The position numbers and the translations under genes were made by a program. 64,000 bases of DNA. Origin: an uncultured Rhodothermaceae bacterium (lineage in GTDB: Bacteria > Bacteroidota > Rhodothermia > Rhodothermales > Bin80). This document shows, in pieces, positions 1 through 10,320 of this stretch. Under the pieces are notes generated by a model. That model saw nothing but the letters and a program-made list of their open reading frames with translations, made no database searches and was not told the origin of the DNA. The stretch is taken from NCBI GenBank assembly GCA_964503085.1, contig CAZCYQ010000002.1:469-64468 (forward strand), read 5' to 3'. Each line of letters opens with the position of its first letter. Position 1 is the first letter of the stretch.

Positions 1-2631
1 GTAGGCTTTTTGCCCTCCCGGATCACATGTACCTATGACGCCCACGCTAGAAGGGCTGAGTCGGAGGCGAAGCTCCTGCCCCTGTGACCTCAGCATCGCC
101 ATATCTGTATCGTCAATGCGCCCAGCGACTACATTGACCCCATTCAGGACAAACACATTATCCAGCAGTCTATCTACCTGGACTGCTAGACGTGCGTGGC
201 GAAGCTGCTCCAGCTCCTTCTGCAGTGAGCGGTTCGTTTCCAGAAGCTCTGCTACAGATTCTTCAACGGGGCGCTTCGAACCCTTGAATTGCCTCTTGGT
301 GCGCGTAAGCATTTCCCGCTCCTGCGTAACCAAATCAACGGCATCAATCCCCGTGATGGCCTCTACACGACGAATACCCGCGGCAACGGATCCTTCAGAT
401 TGGAGGAGAAAGAGTCCGATCTCGCCAGTTGCGCCAACATGTGTGCCCCCGCACAATTCCACGGAAAAATCCGAATCAAATGTGACCATACGTACAAAAT
501 CCCCGTACTTCTCGCCAAAGAGCGCCGTGGCACCACGTGCCAGCGCCTCCCTGTAGGGTACTTCGTCCTCGATTTCCGCTAAAATATTTCGCTGTACCTG
601 CTCATTAACCCGATTCTGCACACGTCTTAGGTCCTCTGGACTAACTCGTTCGTAGTGACTGAAATCAAACCGCAAATGCCCTGCTGCTACGAGCGAACCC
701 TTTTGCTCTACCCCAGGCCCAAGCGTCTCTTTTAGAGCTGCGTGCATCAGGTGCGTTGCTGTGTGATGTTTCGCAATGCGCTGCCGACGCACTTGATCCA
801 CACTGGCGATGACCTCACACTCCAGACTAGACGGGAAACGTTCAACCTTGTGCAAAATCTGATCTTGCCACACCTGAGTATCAGTTACAGGAATAACCTC
901 ACCATCAAAATTGAGCGTACCCGTATCTCCAACCTGCCCCCCTTTTTCCGCATAGAATGGGGTGCTGTCCAGTATAATAACCCCTGCATCTACATCAGAC
1001 CCAATAACACGCGCACCTTCTAGTGTTGTCACTTCATAACCAACGAACCTCTTCCTTGTGTCTGATTGCTGCTCCTGAGTTCTGATAACTACATCTGGCT
1101 TGAACCGCGAAACTGCCTCTATCGTGCTGCCAATTTGAAGGCGAGCACGGTGCTTCTGCTCTGCCATCAGTTCTTCAAACCTGGGCATATCCACACGGCG
1201 ACCGTGTTCACGCGCCATTAATTGCGTGAGATCAACTGGAAAACCGTAAGTATCATGCAGTAAAAACGCAATCTCCCCAGGTATCCGGCTCAATCTGGCT
1301 ACCGAAATAAAAGACTGTAACCTATCGGTATTGGTCGTATAGGCTTTTTTCAACAGATCCTGGATGAACACATCCTCCTGAAAGCCCTTAATACAGTCCT
1401 CCCAATTACTTGAAGAGAGTTTGTCTAAGTACGCACAAACCGAATCAAACAGTTTCAGTCCGCGCCCCAACGTTCGCAGAAAAGCTCGTTCCTCTCCCCG
1501 GATACTCTCGGTTATGAATGCCGACTTTTCCCCCAAGTTCGGAGAGACTTCTCCAAGTGATTTTATGACCGCCGGCACTAAACGACAAAGAAATGGCTCC
1601 TTGAGATTAAGCGTAGTATACCCGTAGCGAACTGCTCGTCGCAAAATTCTGCGAATTACGTATCCCCGTCCCACATTACCCGGAGTAACTCCATCCGCAA
1701 TAGCGACTGCAATGGCACGGATATGATCCACTACAACCCGCATAGCGACTCGGATACTGTCCGAGTCCAGAGCGGGTTCTATGTCGTCGTACCCTCGAAT
1801 ACCGGCGATCGGCGTTAATCGGGCCACCTCACTCAAAAGCTCGCTGAAAGCATCCGTATCATAGGTGCTGATCTTGCCCTGCATAATGGCCGCAAGGCGT
1901 TCGAGCCCCATACCCGTATCTACATGGCGTGCTGCCAAGGGCACAAGCCCTTGATCTGCTTGCGCATTGTACTGAATGAACACCAGGTTCCACAACTCAA
2001 TCACTGTGGAGAGATCCTTGTTTACACATTCGCTCCCGGGTATCTGCTCACGCTGTTCCTCTGAACGAAGGTCAATGTGGATTTCTGAGCAAGGACCGCA
2101 CGGCCCGGTCTCCCCCATCATCCAGAAATTATCCTTCGAGTTGCCATATAAAACATGTTCTCTGGGTAAATAGCGTCTCCACAGGTCTGCGGCTTCCTCG
2201 TCTGAAGGCAAACCCAAGTCAACATCCCCAGCGTGGACCGTGGCATAAAGCCGATCCGCGGGCAGTCCCCACTTCTCTACAAGTAGTTCCCAGGCCAAGT
2301 CAATTGCCTCCTTCTTGAAGTAATCACCGAAGCTCCAGTTACCCAGCATTTCGAAGAAGGTGTGGTGATACGTATCGTGCCCCACTTCTTCAAGATCGTT
2401 ATGCTTGCCAGAAACTCGAAGGCATTTTTGCGTATCTGCGGCTCGGACATATGACCGTGACTCTTCCCCCAAAAAGATTTCCTTGAATTGGGCCATGCCT
2501 GAGTTGATGAACAGCAGCGTGGGATCATCCAAGGGTACAAGAGACGCACTGGGAACAATCGTATGCCCCTTTTCCTCAAAGAAATCTAGGAATTCCTTCC
2601 TAACCTGGGATATACTGCGATTTTTTACCAT
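1..2631 (-). CDS. alaS: alanine--tRNA ligase, C-terminus cut by the window edge
   Basis: Absent from the ORF track because there is no stop in the window. My minus-strand translation from the ATG at 2631 reads MVKNRSISQVRKEFLDFFEEKGHTIVPSASLVPLDDPTLLFINSGMAQFKEIFLG, a classic AlaRS N-terminus. Around 340-440 it reads HVGATGEIGLFLLQSEGSVAAGIRRVEAITG, the AlaRS C-terminal region. 2631 nt is exactly 877 codons to base 1 in that frame; I translated only the two segments quoted, so absence of internal stops is inferred, not checked. Confidence 0.95.
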   Translation of the reverse strand, partial: MVKNRSISQVRKEFLDFFEEKGHTIVPSASLVPLDDPTLLFINSGMAQFKEIFLGEESRSYVRAADTQKCLRVSGKHNDLEEVGHDTYHHTFFEMLGNWSFGDYFKKEAIDLAWELLVEKWGLPADRLYATVHAGDVDLGLPSDEEAADLWRRYLPREHVLYGNSKDNFWMMGETGPCGPCSEIHIDLRSEEQREQIPGSECVNKDLSTVIELWNLVFIQYNAQADQGLVPLAARHVDTGMGLERLAAIMQGKISTYDTDAFSELLSEVARLTPIAGIRGYDDIEPALDSDSIRVAMRVVVDHIRAIAVAIADGVTPGNVGRGYVIRRILRRAVRYGYTTLNLKEPFLCRLVPAVIKSLGEVSPNLGEKSAFITESIRGEERAFLRTLGRGLKLFDSVCAYLDKLSSSNWEDCIKGFQEDVFIQDLLKKAYTTNTDRLQSFISVARLSRIPGEIAFLLHDTYGFPVDLTQLMAREHGRRVDMPRFEELMAEQKHRARLQIGSTIEAVSRFKPDVVIRTQEQQSDTRKRFVGYEVTTLEGARVIGSDVDAGVIILDSTPFYAEKGGQVGDTGTLNFDGEVIPVTDTQVWQDQILHKVERFPSSLECEVIASVDQVRRQRIAKHHTATHLMHAALKETLGPGVEQKGSLVAAGHLRFDFSHYERVSPEDLRRVQNRVNEQVQRNILAEIEDEVPYREALARGATALFGEKYGDFVRMVTFDSDFSVELCGGTHVGATGEIGLFLLQSEGSVAAGIRRVEAITGIDAVDLVTQEREMLTRTKRQFKGSKRPVEESVAELLETNRSLQKELEQLRHARLAVQVDRLLDNVFVLNGVNVVAGRIDDTDMAMLRSQGQELRLRLSPSSVGVIGTCDPGGQKAY

Positions 2632-2812
2632 TAAGGTGGATCATATCATATCCTCCGTGGAACGATTGATCAATGGATCTTGTGCCTGCCAGCGTAGTGC
2701 ATCCACCTAACTTTGGAATTCTTGTATTTATAACACGAACTGTAACATCGGTCCAACACCGTACGTAGGCAAATCTAGTCCGTCAAAAACCGAAACCAGT
2801 TGGAATATCGCC

Positions 2813-3862
2813 ATGCGCTCATACCTGAAACCCATCCCCCTTGCTGTACTGTTACTTGTCGCTGCCCCAGTCAGTGCGCAGGTTCAGCTTACGCCGATCA
2901 GCGAAAAGTTTTCTGCCAACCAAGTCGACAACCTTATGCTCAGCGTAGTAGATGCTGACGTGACGGTGACCACATCCAATGCATCCAGCGTGACTGTTAA
3001 TGTCACCGTTGACGGCCGCGACCGTGACAAAGCAATGGAGTACTATGAAAAACAAAATTTCAGCGTGGCCCTTGAAGGTGGAGCATTACATGTCGTCTCA
3101 AAACCAGAACAGAATCTCGGGGAATTCTTCAATTGGCGCAACCCAATAGATATTAGTGTTATGATCAACATGCCAGCTGATGTGCCCTCGAGCATCCGCA
3201 CGTCTGATGGCAACCTAGCTATTGAGGAATTGACCTCCGGTGCAAAGATCAAAACCAGTGATGGCGATATAAAGATTGGTCAAATCTCGGGAGGAGACAT
3301 TGTGATCCAAACCTCAGATGGTAATATCGCGGCCGACTTGCTACAGGGACCATCTGTATCGATCAAGACTAGCGACGGAAACCTCATGCTCGGGGAACTC
3401 ATCGGAGATAGCGTTCGCGCCCAAACCTCCGACGGAGACATAAAAATTGAAATGGTATCTGGGGAGTTTGAGGCGAGAACATCAGATGGTGATCTCAGCA
3501 TCCGCAATATGGTGTCTTCCCGTGCTGTAGCGCAAACTTCGGATGGTGACATCAGGGTTAGCAACATTACAGGGAGTCTCACGGTCCGTACCAGCGACGG
3601 AGATGTAGAACTTGAACTGGTTGATCCAGGAGATATATCCGTATCCGTTGGCGATGGCGATGCGCTTGTTTCGATACCCGCCGACATCTCGACCACACTT
3701 GATGTGAGAACAAGTGATGGCGATGTGGAGATGGATGCATTCTCGAATTTCTCGGGTAATATTGCAAATTCGAGAGTTACCGGCGACCTTAATGGCGGTG
3801 GACCGACGATTCGCGTGCGTACATCTGATGGGGATGCAGTAATGCGAAGCCTCCGGCGTTAA
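2813..3862 (+). CDS. secreted DUF4097-type repeat protein (putative beta-helical adhesin-like)
   Basis: Signal peptide MRSYLKPIPLAVLLLVAAPVSAQ. About 11 tandem ~20-aa repeats are built on (K/R/Q)TSDG(D/N)(I/L)xx, the pattern of the DUF4097 family. Confidence 0.75.
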   Translation: MRSYLKPIPLAVLLLVAAPVSAQVQLTPISEKFSANQVDNLMLSVVDADVTVTTSNASSVTVNVTVDGRDRDKAMEYYEKQNFSVALEGGALHVVSKPEQNLGEFFNWRNPIDISVMINMPADVPSSIRTSDGNLAIEELTSGAKIKTSDGDIKIGQISGGDIVIQTSDGNIAADLLQGPSVSIKTSDGNLMLGELIGDSVRAQTSDGDIKIEMVSGEFEARTSDGDLSIRNMVSSRAVAQTSDGDIRVSNITGSLTVRTSDGDVELELVDPGDISVSVGDGDALVSIPADISTTLDVRTSDGDVEMDAFSNFSGNIANSRVTGDLNGGGPTIRVRTSDGDAVMRSLRR

Positions 3863-3866
3863 GAAA

Positions 3867-3887
3867 CTGCTCATTTCAGTTGAGCAG
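3867..3887 (+). terminator. hairpin just downstream of the DUF4097 gene
   Basis: ctgctca / tttcagt / tgagcag gives a 7-bp stem starting 5 nt after the stop. No clear T-run follows. Confidence 0.35.
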
Positions 3888-4068
3888 GCATTGACCCCGG
3901 CCTGATTTCTACTGAGCTGGAACGAGTTTTTCGGGAGCTTCCACTGTGATGACAAAGTGAGGCTGCGCCCTCCGCGGGATTCCGTGCGATGTGGCTCCTC
4001 TGAATCCAGTAGATGGCCTGGCGTTGAGCTCTTCTTCCAAGGATTGATCAAATCTCCATGCAAACCTG

Positions 4069-4098
4069 AAAAAAGCTGCCTGGGACAGGATCAGGCAG
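4069..4098 (-). terminator. rho-independent-type terminator of the RND permease gene
   Basis: On the minus strand, CTGCCTG-ATCCTGTCC-CAGGCAG (7-bp stem) is followed by CTTTTTTC. The hairpin overlaps the TGA stop at 4091-4093. Confidence 0.6.
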
Positions 4099-7000
4099 TC
4101 TGCATATCCTGCACGGTGCGACTGGAATTGATTCGAAGGAAGGCAGCCATCAGCGCGGGTAAGAGCAACATCAGGATTGCAGTTGTAACCATGATGCCAA
4201 CACCTAATGAAGCCGCAAACGGGGTCAGGTATTGTGCTTGAATTGCGGGCTCCAGAATAAGCGGCACAAATGCCAGGAATGTGGTCACTGACGTTAGCAT
4301 AATGGGACGAAAACGACTCTTGGCGCCTTCAATAATCGCCTGTCTTGGTGTACTTCCCTCTCGAATGCGTCGATCAATCGAGTCAATCATTACTAACGCA
4401 TCGTTCACGATGACCCCGCTAAGTCCAAAAAAGCCCAAGAAAGAAGCAGCACTGAGTGGAAGACCGAGTACCAGGTGACCAAGGATGACGCCAATGAGGC
4501 CAAATGGTACGATGGCCATCATTAGGAATGGTTTACGGTAGGAGCGCAGAGGGATCGCCAGCAACGCATATATCGCCAGCATAGCAAGGATAAATCCGCG
4601 GTTGAGTGCATCCAAGGACTCAAGTTGTTGTTGCTGTTCCCCTCCGAAGGAATAGGTTAGCTCGGGATCGGAAGCGATTATATCTGGGAGGAATCTATTT
4701 TCAAGAATCTCGTTGGCCTGTGACCCGGAGATCACCTCATCATTCACATCTGCCGTCACAGTAACAATTCGTTGTCCATCTTTCCGCCGAATAACCGGTG
4801 AGGATGCTCCCATTGTCATCGTGGCGACTTGATGGATCGGCACCTTCCCATCTGGTTGCGTCTGGATCAAATATCCCTCAACATCCGTGATTGCTTCCCG
4901 CTCGCTAGCGGGCAGACGCGTATAAACTCGGACTTCTTCTTCGCCACGTTGCAGTCTAACCGTCTCCACTCCAAAAAAAGCTGAACGCACCTGTCGGGCC
5001 AGATCTTCAACAGTGAGACCCAATGTTCGCGCTTCAGGTTGCAACTCCAGCTGAATCTCCCTGACACCAGGGGCGTGATCCGATCGGATATCAAATACAC
5101 CGGCCACACTATATAGGTTATTCACAACTGAATCGGCAGCAATGATCAGGCGCTCCGGGTTTGGATGAGATAACACAACCTCCACAGGATTCCCTAGGTT
5201 GATGACCTCTCCGCTGAAAGCAATTCCCCGAACATAGGGCAGGAATCCAACCTCTTCCCGCCAAGCCTGCATGACCGTGATAGTGGACATATCCCGTTGC
5301 TGCGCACTCAGTAACTTGAATTCAATACTGGCAATATGTGACTGGGGGTTCATGGTAGCGGCTGGATCAAGTCCTCCTCCCTCTACACGAGGGCCTTGAC
5401 CTATCACTATGACTACTCCCGCCAGCAATGAAGAGGCTCCCTCTGGTCTTTCCTGATCCAGGCGTTCAATCACCCGTATACCGGCAGCTTCCAGCTCCAT
5501 TGCAACTTCAAGAGTTCTCTCCGCAGGTGTTCCCTCCGGCATTTCAAGCGTAGCAGTGACAAAATCACCCTCTACTACCTCGGCAAGTGTAGTCGGAATC
5601 ACGCCCGCTGGAACCAGCGACAAACAGAGTACAAACAAACCGAGGGTTCCCGACATAATGATTGCGGGATAATCCGTAGCAAAGCGGAGGGCACGATTCA
5701 GCGGGCCCTGCAGAAACTTGTTCAGCCCTCGACTAACATGGGCTCGGATACGAAAAAGGAATTTATCTACAAAATTGGATGGCGTCCATTTTGGGCCTGG
5801 CAGGTGAGACAGATGCCTGGGTAGAATGAAAAGTGCTTCACCGAGAGAAATAACCAGCATGCCAATAATGATCGCTGGCAATGCAAACCACACTTCTCCA
5901 ATACCGCCCGGAATAAAAAGCAAGGGGGTGAACGCCGCAATTGAAGTGAGGACCGCGAAGGTTAATGCCGTCTTGATCCTTCGCGTTCCCCGAATTGCAG
6001 CGACCGGTCCAGGAAGACCTGTCATACGCTGAGAGTAGACTCGTTCGGCTACGACAATGGCATCGTCAACAATAATGCCAATTGCCAGAACGAATGCGAA
6101 AAGTGACTTATCGTTTATTGATATATCAAGCCACAGCATGACCGCCAATGCGCCTACGCCAGAGGTGATCAGACCGAGAATAACCCATATTGCAAGCCGG
6201 ATCTCAAGAAAGAGGGCCAGCGCAATGAATACCAGGATGAAGCCCAGAAAACCATTTCGAACCAATAGATCCACGCGCTCTGCATAAACAGGAGAATCAT
6301 CGTTCCATACGGTAATCCCAATTTCGTCGGGGAATGAAGGCAGGATTACATCCCGAATATGCTCATTGACTGCATCGGAAATCGCTTTAACATTCTCGCC
6401 CTCTCCTCGATAGATCTCTACGAAAGCTGCTGGCATGCCCTGATGACGAACAATCGTATTGGAATCCTGGAACTCGTCCCGGATAGTTGCAATGTCTCTG
6501 AGACGCACAACCGTTCCATCGTCTTGAGCAATAATGACGACTTCCTCAAAATCAAGTTGGTTATAATTCTGACCAATAGTCCGTACACGGACCTCGGACT
6601 CCCTTGTGTCAATGCTCCCGGCAGAAAGGTTGAGTGAGCTCTGGCGGACAGCGTAGGCAATGTCTTCCAGCGTCAATCCGAGTGCACGTAATGTAGCAAG
6701 TGATACTTCAATAGAGATCTCATAATCCCTCGTGCCACTGACTTCGACGAGAGATACGCTCGGCAATGTTTTTAATTCATTTTTGACTTGATAAGCAAGT
6801 TCTTTCAACGCACGCTCGGTCGCATCACCAAAGAGCACCAATCGAACCACGCTGGTACGGTTATCCATTTCCCTAAACTGGGGGCGCTCCGCCGAAGCCG
6901 GAAAAGATTGAATTTGTCCGACAACAGCTTGCACCTCGTCCATCGCCTCACTTATATTCGTACCGGTCCTCCACTGAATTCTCACGGATGCCACCCCTGG

Positions 7001-7288
7001 AGCAGCCAAAGATCTGATTGCCTTGACATCCTCCAGTGTCTCAATTTGCTCTTCAATCTTAACAATGATGGATTCTTCAATCTCTTCTGGCGTAGCCCCG
7101 GGATAGGCTATGAAGACCTCAATCATGTTAAAGGAGACTGTTGACCAGGCTTCCTTCTCCAGGCCTCCAAGCGATACGAGGCCCAAGGCAATGATGCCAA
7201 ACATCAACAAGTTGGGGGCAATCCGATTACTCGCCATGTAGGCGATTGGCCCTGCTGACTCACCTGAATAGGGACCCTTCTGATTCAT
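4091..7288 (-). CDS. efflux RND transporter permease (AcrB/HAE family)
   Basis: 1065 aa with the typical AcrB N-terminus (NRIAPNLLMFGIIALGLVSL), two large periplasmic loops and 12-TM architecture. It lies directly downstream of an adaptor gene. Confidence 0.9.
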   Translation of the reverse strand: MNQKGPYSGESAGPIAYMASNRIAPNLLMFGIIALGLVSLGGLEKEAWSTVSFNMIEVFIAYPGATPEEIEESIIVKIEEQIETLEDVKAIRSLAAPGVASVRIQWRTGTNISEAMDEVQAVVGQIQSFPASAERPQFREMDNRTSVVRLVLFGDATERALKELAYQVKNELKTLPSVSLVEVSGTRDYEISIEVSLATLRALGLTLEDIAYAVRQSSLNLSAGSIDTRESEVRVRTIGQNYNQLDFEEVVIIAQDDGTVVRLRDIATIRDEFQDSNTIVRHQGMPAAFVEIYRGEGENVKAISDAVNEHIRDVILPSFPDEIGITVWNDDSPVYAERVDLLVRNGFLGFILVFIALALFLEIRLAIWVILGLITSGVGALAVMLWLDISINDKSLFAFVLAIGIIVDDAIVVAERVYSQRMTGLPGPVAAIRGTRRIKTALTFAVLTSIAAFTPLLFIPGGIGEVWFALPAIIIGMLVISLGEALFILPRHLSHLPGPKWTPSNFVDKFLFRIRAHVSRGLNKFLQGPLNRALRFATDYPAIIMSGTLGLFVLCLSLVPAGVIPTTLAEVVEGDFVTATLEMPEGTPAERTLEVAMELEAAGIRVIERLDQERPEGASSLLAGVVIVIGQGPRVEGGGLDPAATMNPQSHIASIEFKLLSAQQRDMSTITVMQAWREEVGFLPYVRGIAFSGEVINLGNPVEVVLSHPNPERLIIAADSVVNNLYSVAGVFDIRSDHAPGVREIQLELQPEARTLGLTVEDLARQVRSAFFGVETVRLQRGEEEVRVYTRLPASEREAITDVEGYLIQTQPDGKVPIHQVATMTMGASSPVIRRKDGQRIVTVTADVNDEVISGSQANEILENRFLPDIIASDPELTYSFGGEQQQQLESLDALNRGFILAMLAIYALLAIPLRSYRKPFLMMAIVPFGLIGVILGHLVLGLPLSAASFLGFFGLSGVIVNDALVMIDSIDRRIREGSTPRQAIIEGAKSRFRPIMLTSVTTFLAFVPLILEPAIQAQYLTPFAASLGVGIMVTTAILMLLLPALMAAFLRINSSRTVQDMQTA

Positions 7289-7461
7289 CAGCGCAATCCG
7301 ATTCTAGGGTCTGTAAACAACACGTAGGAGAAGGACTGATCAACTTTGGACTGGATACTCATATTGCTCGGGTCACTGTTGATCAGAATTTGGAAATACC
7401 CCCTCACTGTGTTCATAAATGCAATGCCCAGATTGCATGATCTCGGTAGGCTATAATTCCC

Positions 7462-8655
7462 TTATAATTGGGTCCGTACTGCCATCCCATCAATGGCTGC
7501 CTGGATTCCGCTTACCACTACTTGTTGCCCTTCCTCGAGTGTCCCAGTAAGAAATACCTCATCCTCTGAACGCTGCAAAACTCGTACAGGAACACGGCTA
7601 AGCACATCGTCGCGCACGACCCATACCTCAGAATCCGGTTTGAGAGCTGATCGCCGTACTCTGAAATATTGGTCCGGTATTATCCCGTCAATTTCGACAT
7701 TCACAAACTTACCTATTAAGAGAGGTGGAACGCTGTTCGACTGCGTGAAATCTTCCGTGTCCAAGGCTAATCCAGCTGTGAACGGATTGGGCACACGAAT
7801 GACCACCTCTATCGTGCGCGTCTGCCTTTTTAGGGCTGCTTCCGCACGATCTACATAACCCGCCCACGAATAATGCTGTTCACCATACTTCGCGATCACA
7901 CGCGTGGAAATCCGCCTGTTTTGGGTGCTTGGTCTCAATCCCCAAAGTCCGGGGATCAGCGCTGCGCTTTCGTCAGGGAGTGGTACTACAACCTCAACGG
8001 TATCGATACTATATAAGTGCCCTACACTTTGGCCTGCTGCCACGAACTGTCCTACCGTTATGGACTCGCTCAAAACGGCCGCCGTAAAGGGACTGTAAAT
8101 GGCAACCCGGGATAGATGTAATTCGGATTCAACGAGCTCGGCCTGGTCCCTACTCAGCGCGGCCTGAGCAGCTGCAATTTGAGGTTCCCATAATGCCAAG
8201 GGGCTGGGTTGTACAGTACTTTCCTCATCTTTCCTTCTCTCGAACTGTGCCTTCGCAATATTGGATTCTGCCGTCACACGCATCAACTCAACTTCTTGAG
8301 CGGCTACATTAGCGCGTGCCCGATCCACTCTACCCAAGTAATCTGCATCATCAATTCGGAACAGAACCTCACCCGAGGATACCAGTCCTCCACTTTGAAA
8401 GGTGGGATTTACCCATACAACTCTGCCGGAGATTTCCGCCGTCACATCTACTTCAGCATATGGGCGTACAGTGCCTCCTCCATGTATCGGGATAGGTCCC
8501 TCTCCGCTCATAACGGAATCGGTAGTTACAAACGGGGCACGTGAGGGAATAGCCTGACGGGCAGTTTCGGGTCTTCGGGCTATGAGAATCGCGGCTATGA
8601 CCGTACATCCGACAAGGATAATGCCGGCAACCAAAAAGCTAAGTCTTCTACCCAT
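7462..8655 (-). CDS. efflux RND transporter periplasmic adaptor (MFP/HlyD family)
   Basis: 397 aa with an N-terminal membrane anchor, a coiled-coil hairpin segment (AAQEVELMRV...AAAQAALSRDQAELVESELHLSR) and beta-barrel segments. It sits upstream of the RND permease. No outer-membrane factor or TetR regulator is adjacent. Confidence 0.85.
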   Translation of the reverse strand: MGRRLSFLVAGIILVGCTVIAAILIARRPETARQAIPSRAPFVTTDSVMSGEGPIPIHGGGTVRPYAEVDVTAEISGRVVWVNPTFQSGGLVSSGEVLFRIDDADYLGRVDRARANVAAQEVELMRVTAESNIAKAQFERRKDEESTVQPSPLALWEPQIAAAQAALSRDQAELVESELHLSRVAIYSPFTAAVLSESITVGQFVAAGQSVGHLYSIDTVEVVVPLPDESAALIPGLWGLRPSTQNRRISTRVIAKYGEQHYSWAGYVDRAEAALKRQTRTIEVVIRVPNPFTAGLALDTEDFTQSNSVPPLLIGKFVNVEIDGIIPDQYFRVRRSALKPDSEVWVVRDDVLSRVPVRVLQRSEDEVFLTGTLEEGQQVVVSGIQAAIDGMAVRTQL

Positions 8656-9129
8656 TGAATCGTGTGATATTTTCAGACTCTTCCTGCTGGCATAAAAGGC
8701 TCTCTTTCTCTTTGAGAGGATCGGTCACTTTCGGATGCCTCTTGGATATGCAAATATTTTGGCAATTAAATACCGGTACTGATCAAGCGAAACCTGCCCC
8801 AGAGCCCACTCTGAACTTATGATAAACGCGATAAATCCCGATAATTTCTCATTGAAGGAGGTCTGCCGAATCTGTAATCTATGCGCTGTGCACCGAAATT
8901 AGCCAGAGATCACTTTTCATGTACACAATATTACAACCCAGAATCTTGCCACCCTCATCTCGAGAATTTACAAAACAGCGTTACATAAAACAGCACGCGC
9001 AATCATGTTCGGAGGCTTCCATCATTTCAAAGAAATGTGGATGCCCAACTAAAAATGGGGCATCCCCAAGCACAATTCGGAAAACGATTAACCCTTATGG
9101 ATAAGGAGGGGGCGTGCAGGATATGCACG

Positions 9130-10320
9130 TTATAGGCACTCTATCACTACTGCTGTTCCCCCACCCGTGCCGTGGCAAAGAGCTGCAAGACCTAGTGATT
9201 TTCTACGAGTCCTGAGTGCGTGTAGGAGCGTCACGACAACCCTGGCCCCTGAACATCCGATTGGATGTCCTAAGGCAATAGCACCACCATTCACATTTAG
9301 TATCCCGGGATCAATTCCAAGATCACGAACGAAAAGCACCGTACTTAAAGCAAACGCCTCGTTATTTTCATATAGATCTATGTCATCCACGCACATGCCA
9401 GTCACCCCTAGTGCACGCCGGGCTGCCTCGGCAGGAACCTCTATGAACCGGTCCCATGTTCCGGCTGCCCATGCGCTACCATGTATACGGGCTATCGGCC
9501 GCAGACTGTAATCTCTCACGAACTTTCCACTGGCAAGAAGAAGTGCTGCGGCTCCATCGCTTATTTGACTGCTGTTGCCCGCGGTCAGTAGTCCATCCTG
9601 TAAAAAAACAGGACGCAAATCGGCAAGTGTTTCTACAGTTGTGCCCGAGCGAATCCCCTCGTCCTGCTCTAGATTGCCCTTCCTTGTAGGGATTGGGGTG
9701 ATTTCGGCATCGAACCCGCCATTCAATGTCGCTCTGTGTGCCCGGGAATGAGATTCTGCAGCTACGGCATCCAGTTCTCGGCGGCTTACGCGGAGCGCCT
9801 GTGCCAAACGCTCCGCCTGTAACCCCATAGCTTCACCGCTTGTGGGATCTGATAACCCATCCCTGTATAAAAGGTCTACCACCGCTTCCCCCTGTCCAGG
9901 AAGATACTTATACCCCCATCTGGCACTGCTGGAGAGAGCAAACCCTGTATCCGACATAGATTCCACACCTCCCGCCAAGACCAAGTTTGAAGCACCCGAC
10001 TGGATAAATGCCGTTCCAGCAATCAGGCTCATCATGCCAGAAGAACATACCATATCAATGCCAACTGCATCAACGGAGTGAGGGATGCCTGCAAGCTTTG
10101 CTGCTTGTCGGGGAACAAGCTGTCCATGACCACCTTTCAGAACATGGCCCATCAAAATCAAATCGGGTGACAAGTCTGAAACTACGGACTGATCCAGTGC
10201 TGACCGAAGAATCGGTGCTGCAATTTTCGCCGGACTCAACGAGCGGAACGCCCCACCAAAACGACCAATTGGGGAACGTGTGGCACTCAAAATAAAGACA
10301 TCATTCATCTTGGTCGGCAT
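9130..10320 (-). CDS. acetyl-CoA C-acyltransferase (thiolase family)
   Basis: N-terminus VFILSATRSPIGRFGGAF, active-site region VCSSGMMSL, and C-terminal GHPIGCSGARV and CHGTGGG motifs. Confidence 0.9.
   Translation of the reverse strand: MPTKMNDVFILSATRSPIGRFGGAFRSLSPAKIAAPILRSALDQSVVSDLSPDLILMGHVLKGGHGQLVPRQAAKLAGIPHSVDAVGIDMVCSSGMMSLIAGTAFIQSGASNLVLAGGVESMSDTGFALSSSARWGYKYLPGQGEAVVDLLYRDGLSDPTSGEAMGLQAERLAQALRVSRRELDAVAAESHSRAHRATLNGGFDAEITPIPTRKGNLEQDEGIRSGTTVETLADLRPVFLQDGLLTAGNSSQISDGAAALLLASGKFVRDYSLRPIARIHGSAWAAGTWDRFIEVPAEAARRALGVTGMCVDDIDLYENNEAFALSTVLFVRDLGIDPGILNVNGGAIALGHPIGCSGARVVVTLLHALRTRRKSLGLAALCHGTGGGTAVVIECL

Noticed and set aside
2634-2707. 8-bp inverted repeat aggtggat...atccacct in the alaS / DUF4097 divergent promoter region, considered as a possible AlaRS autoregulatory operator
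   Set aside because: An 8-bp inverted repeat at ~60-nt spacing is expected by chance many times in this window, and there is no supporting conservation data.
35-2710. Many 60-170-aa ORFs in the track (e.g. 35..556 +, 2277..2579 -, 2405..2710 +)
   Set aside because: All lie inside, or antisense to, the alaS reading frame that the track missed. Their sequences are low-complexity (Ser/Arg/Pro-rich), typical of off-frame translation.
3280-4063. Antisense ORFs of 138 and 193 aa over the DUF4097 gene and its 3' region
   Set aside because: These are mirror frames of a repeat-rich gene. They are compositionally odd (Ser/Pro-rich), lack a signal or motif, and the sense gene explains the region.
8656-9129. 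474-nt intergenic region with a 61-aa ORF (8919..9104) and two hairpins (9040-9064, 9112-9128), considered as a small regulator or sRNA
   Set aside because: The ORF has no start context or motif. The hairpins are most simply weak terminators for the thiolase operon. There is not enough evidence to call a feature.
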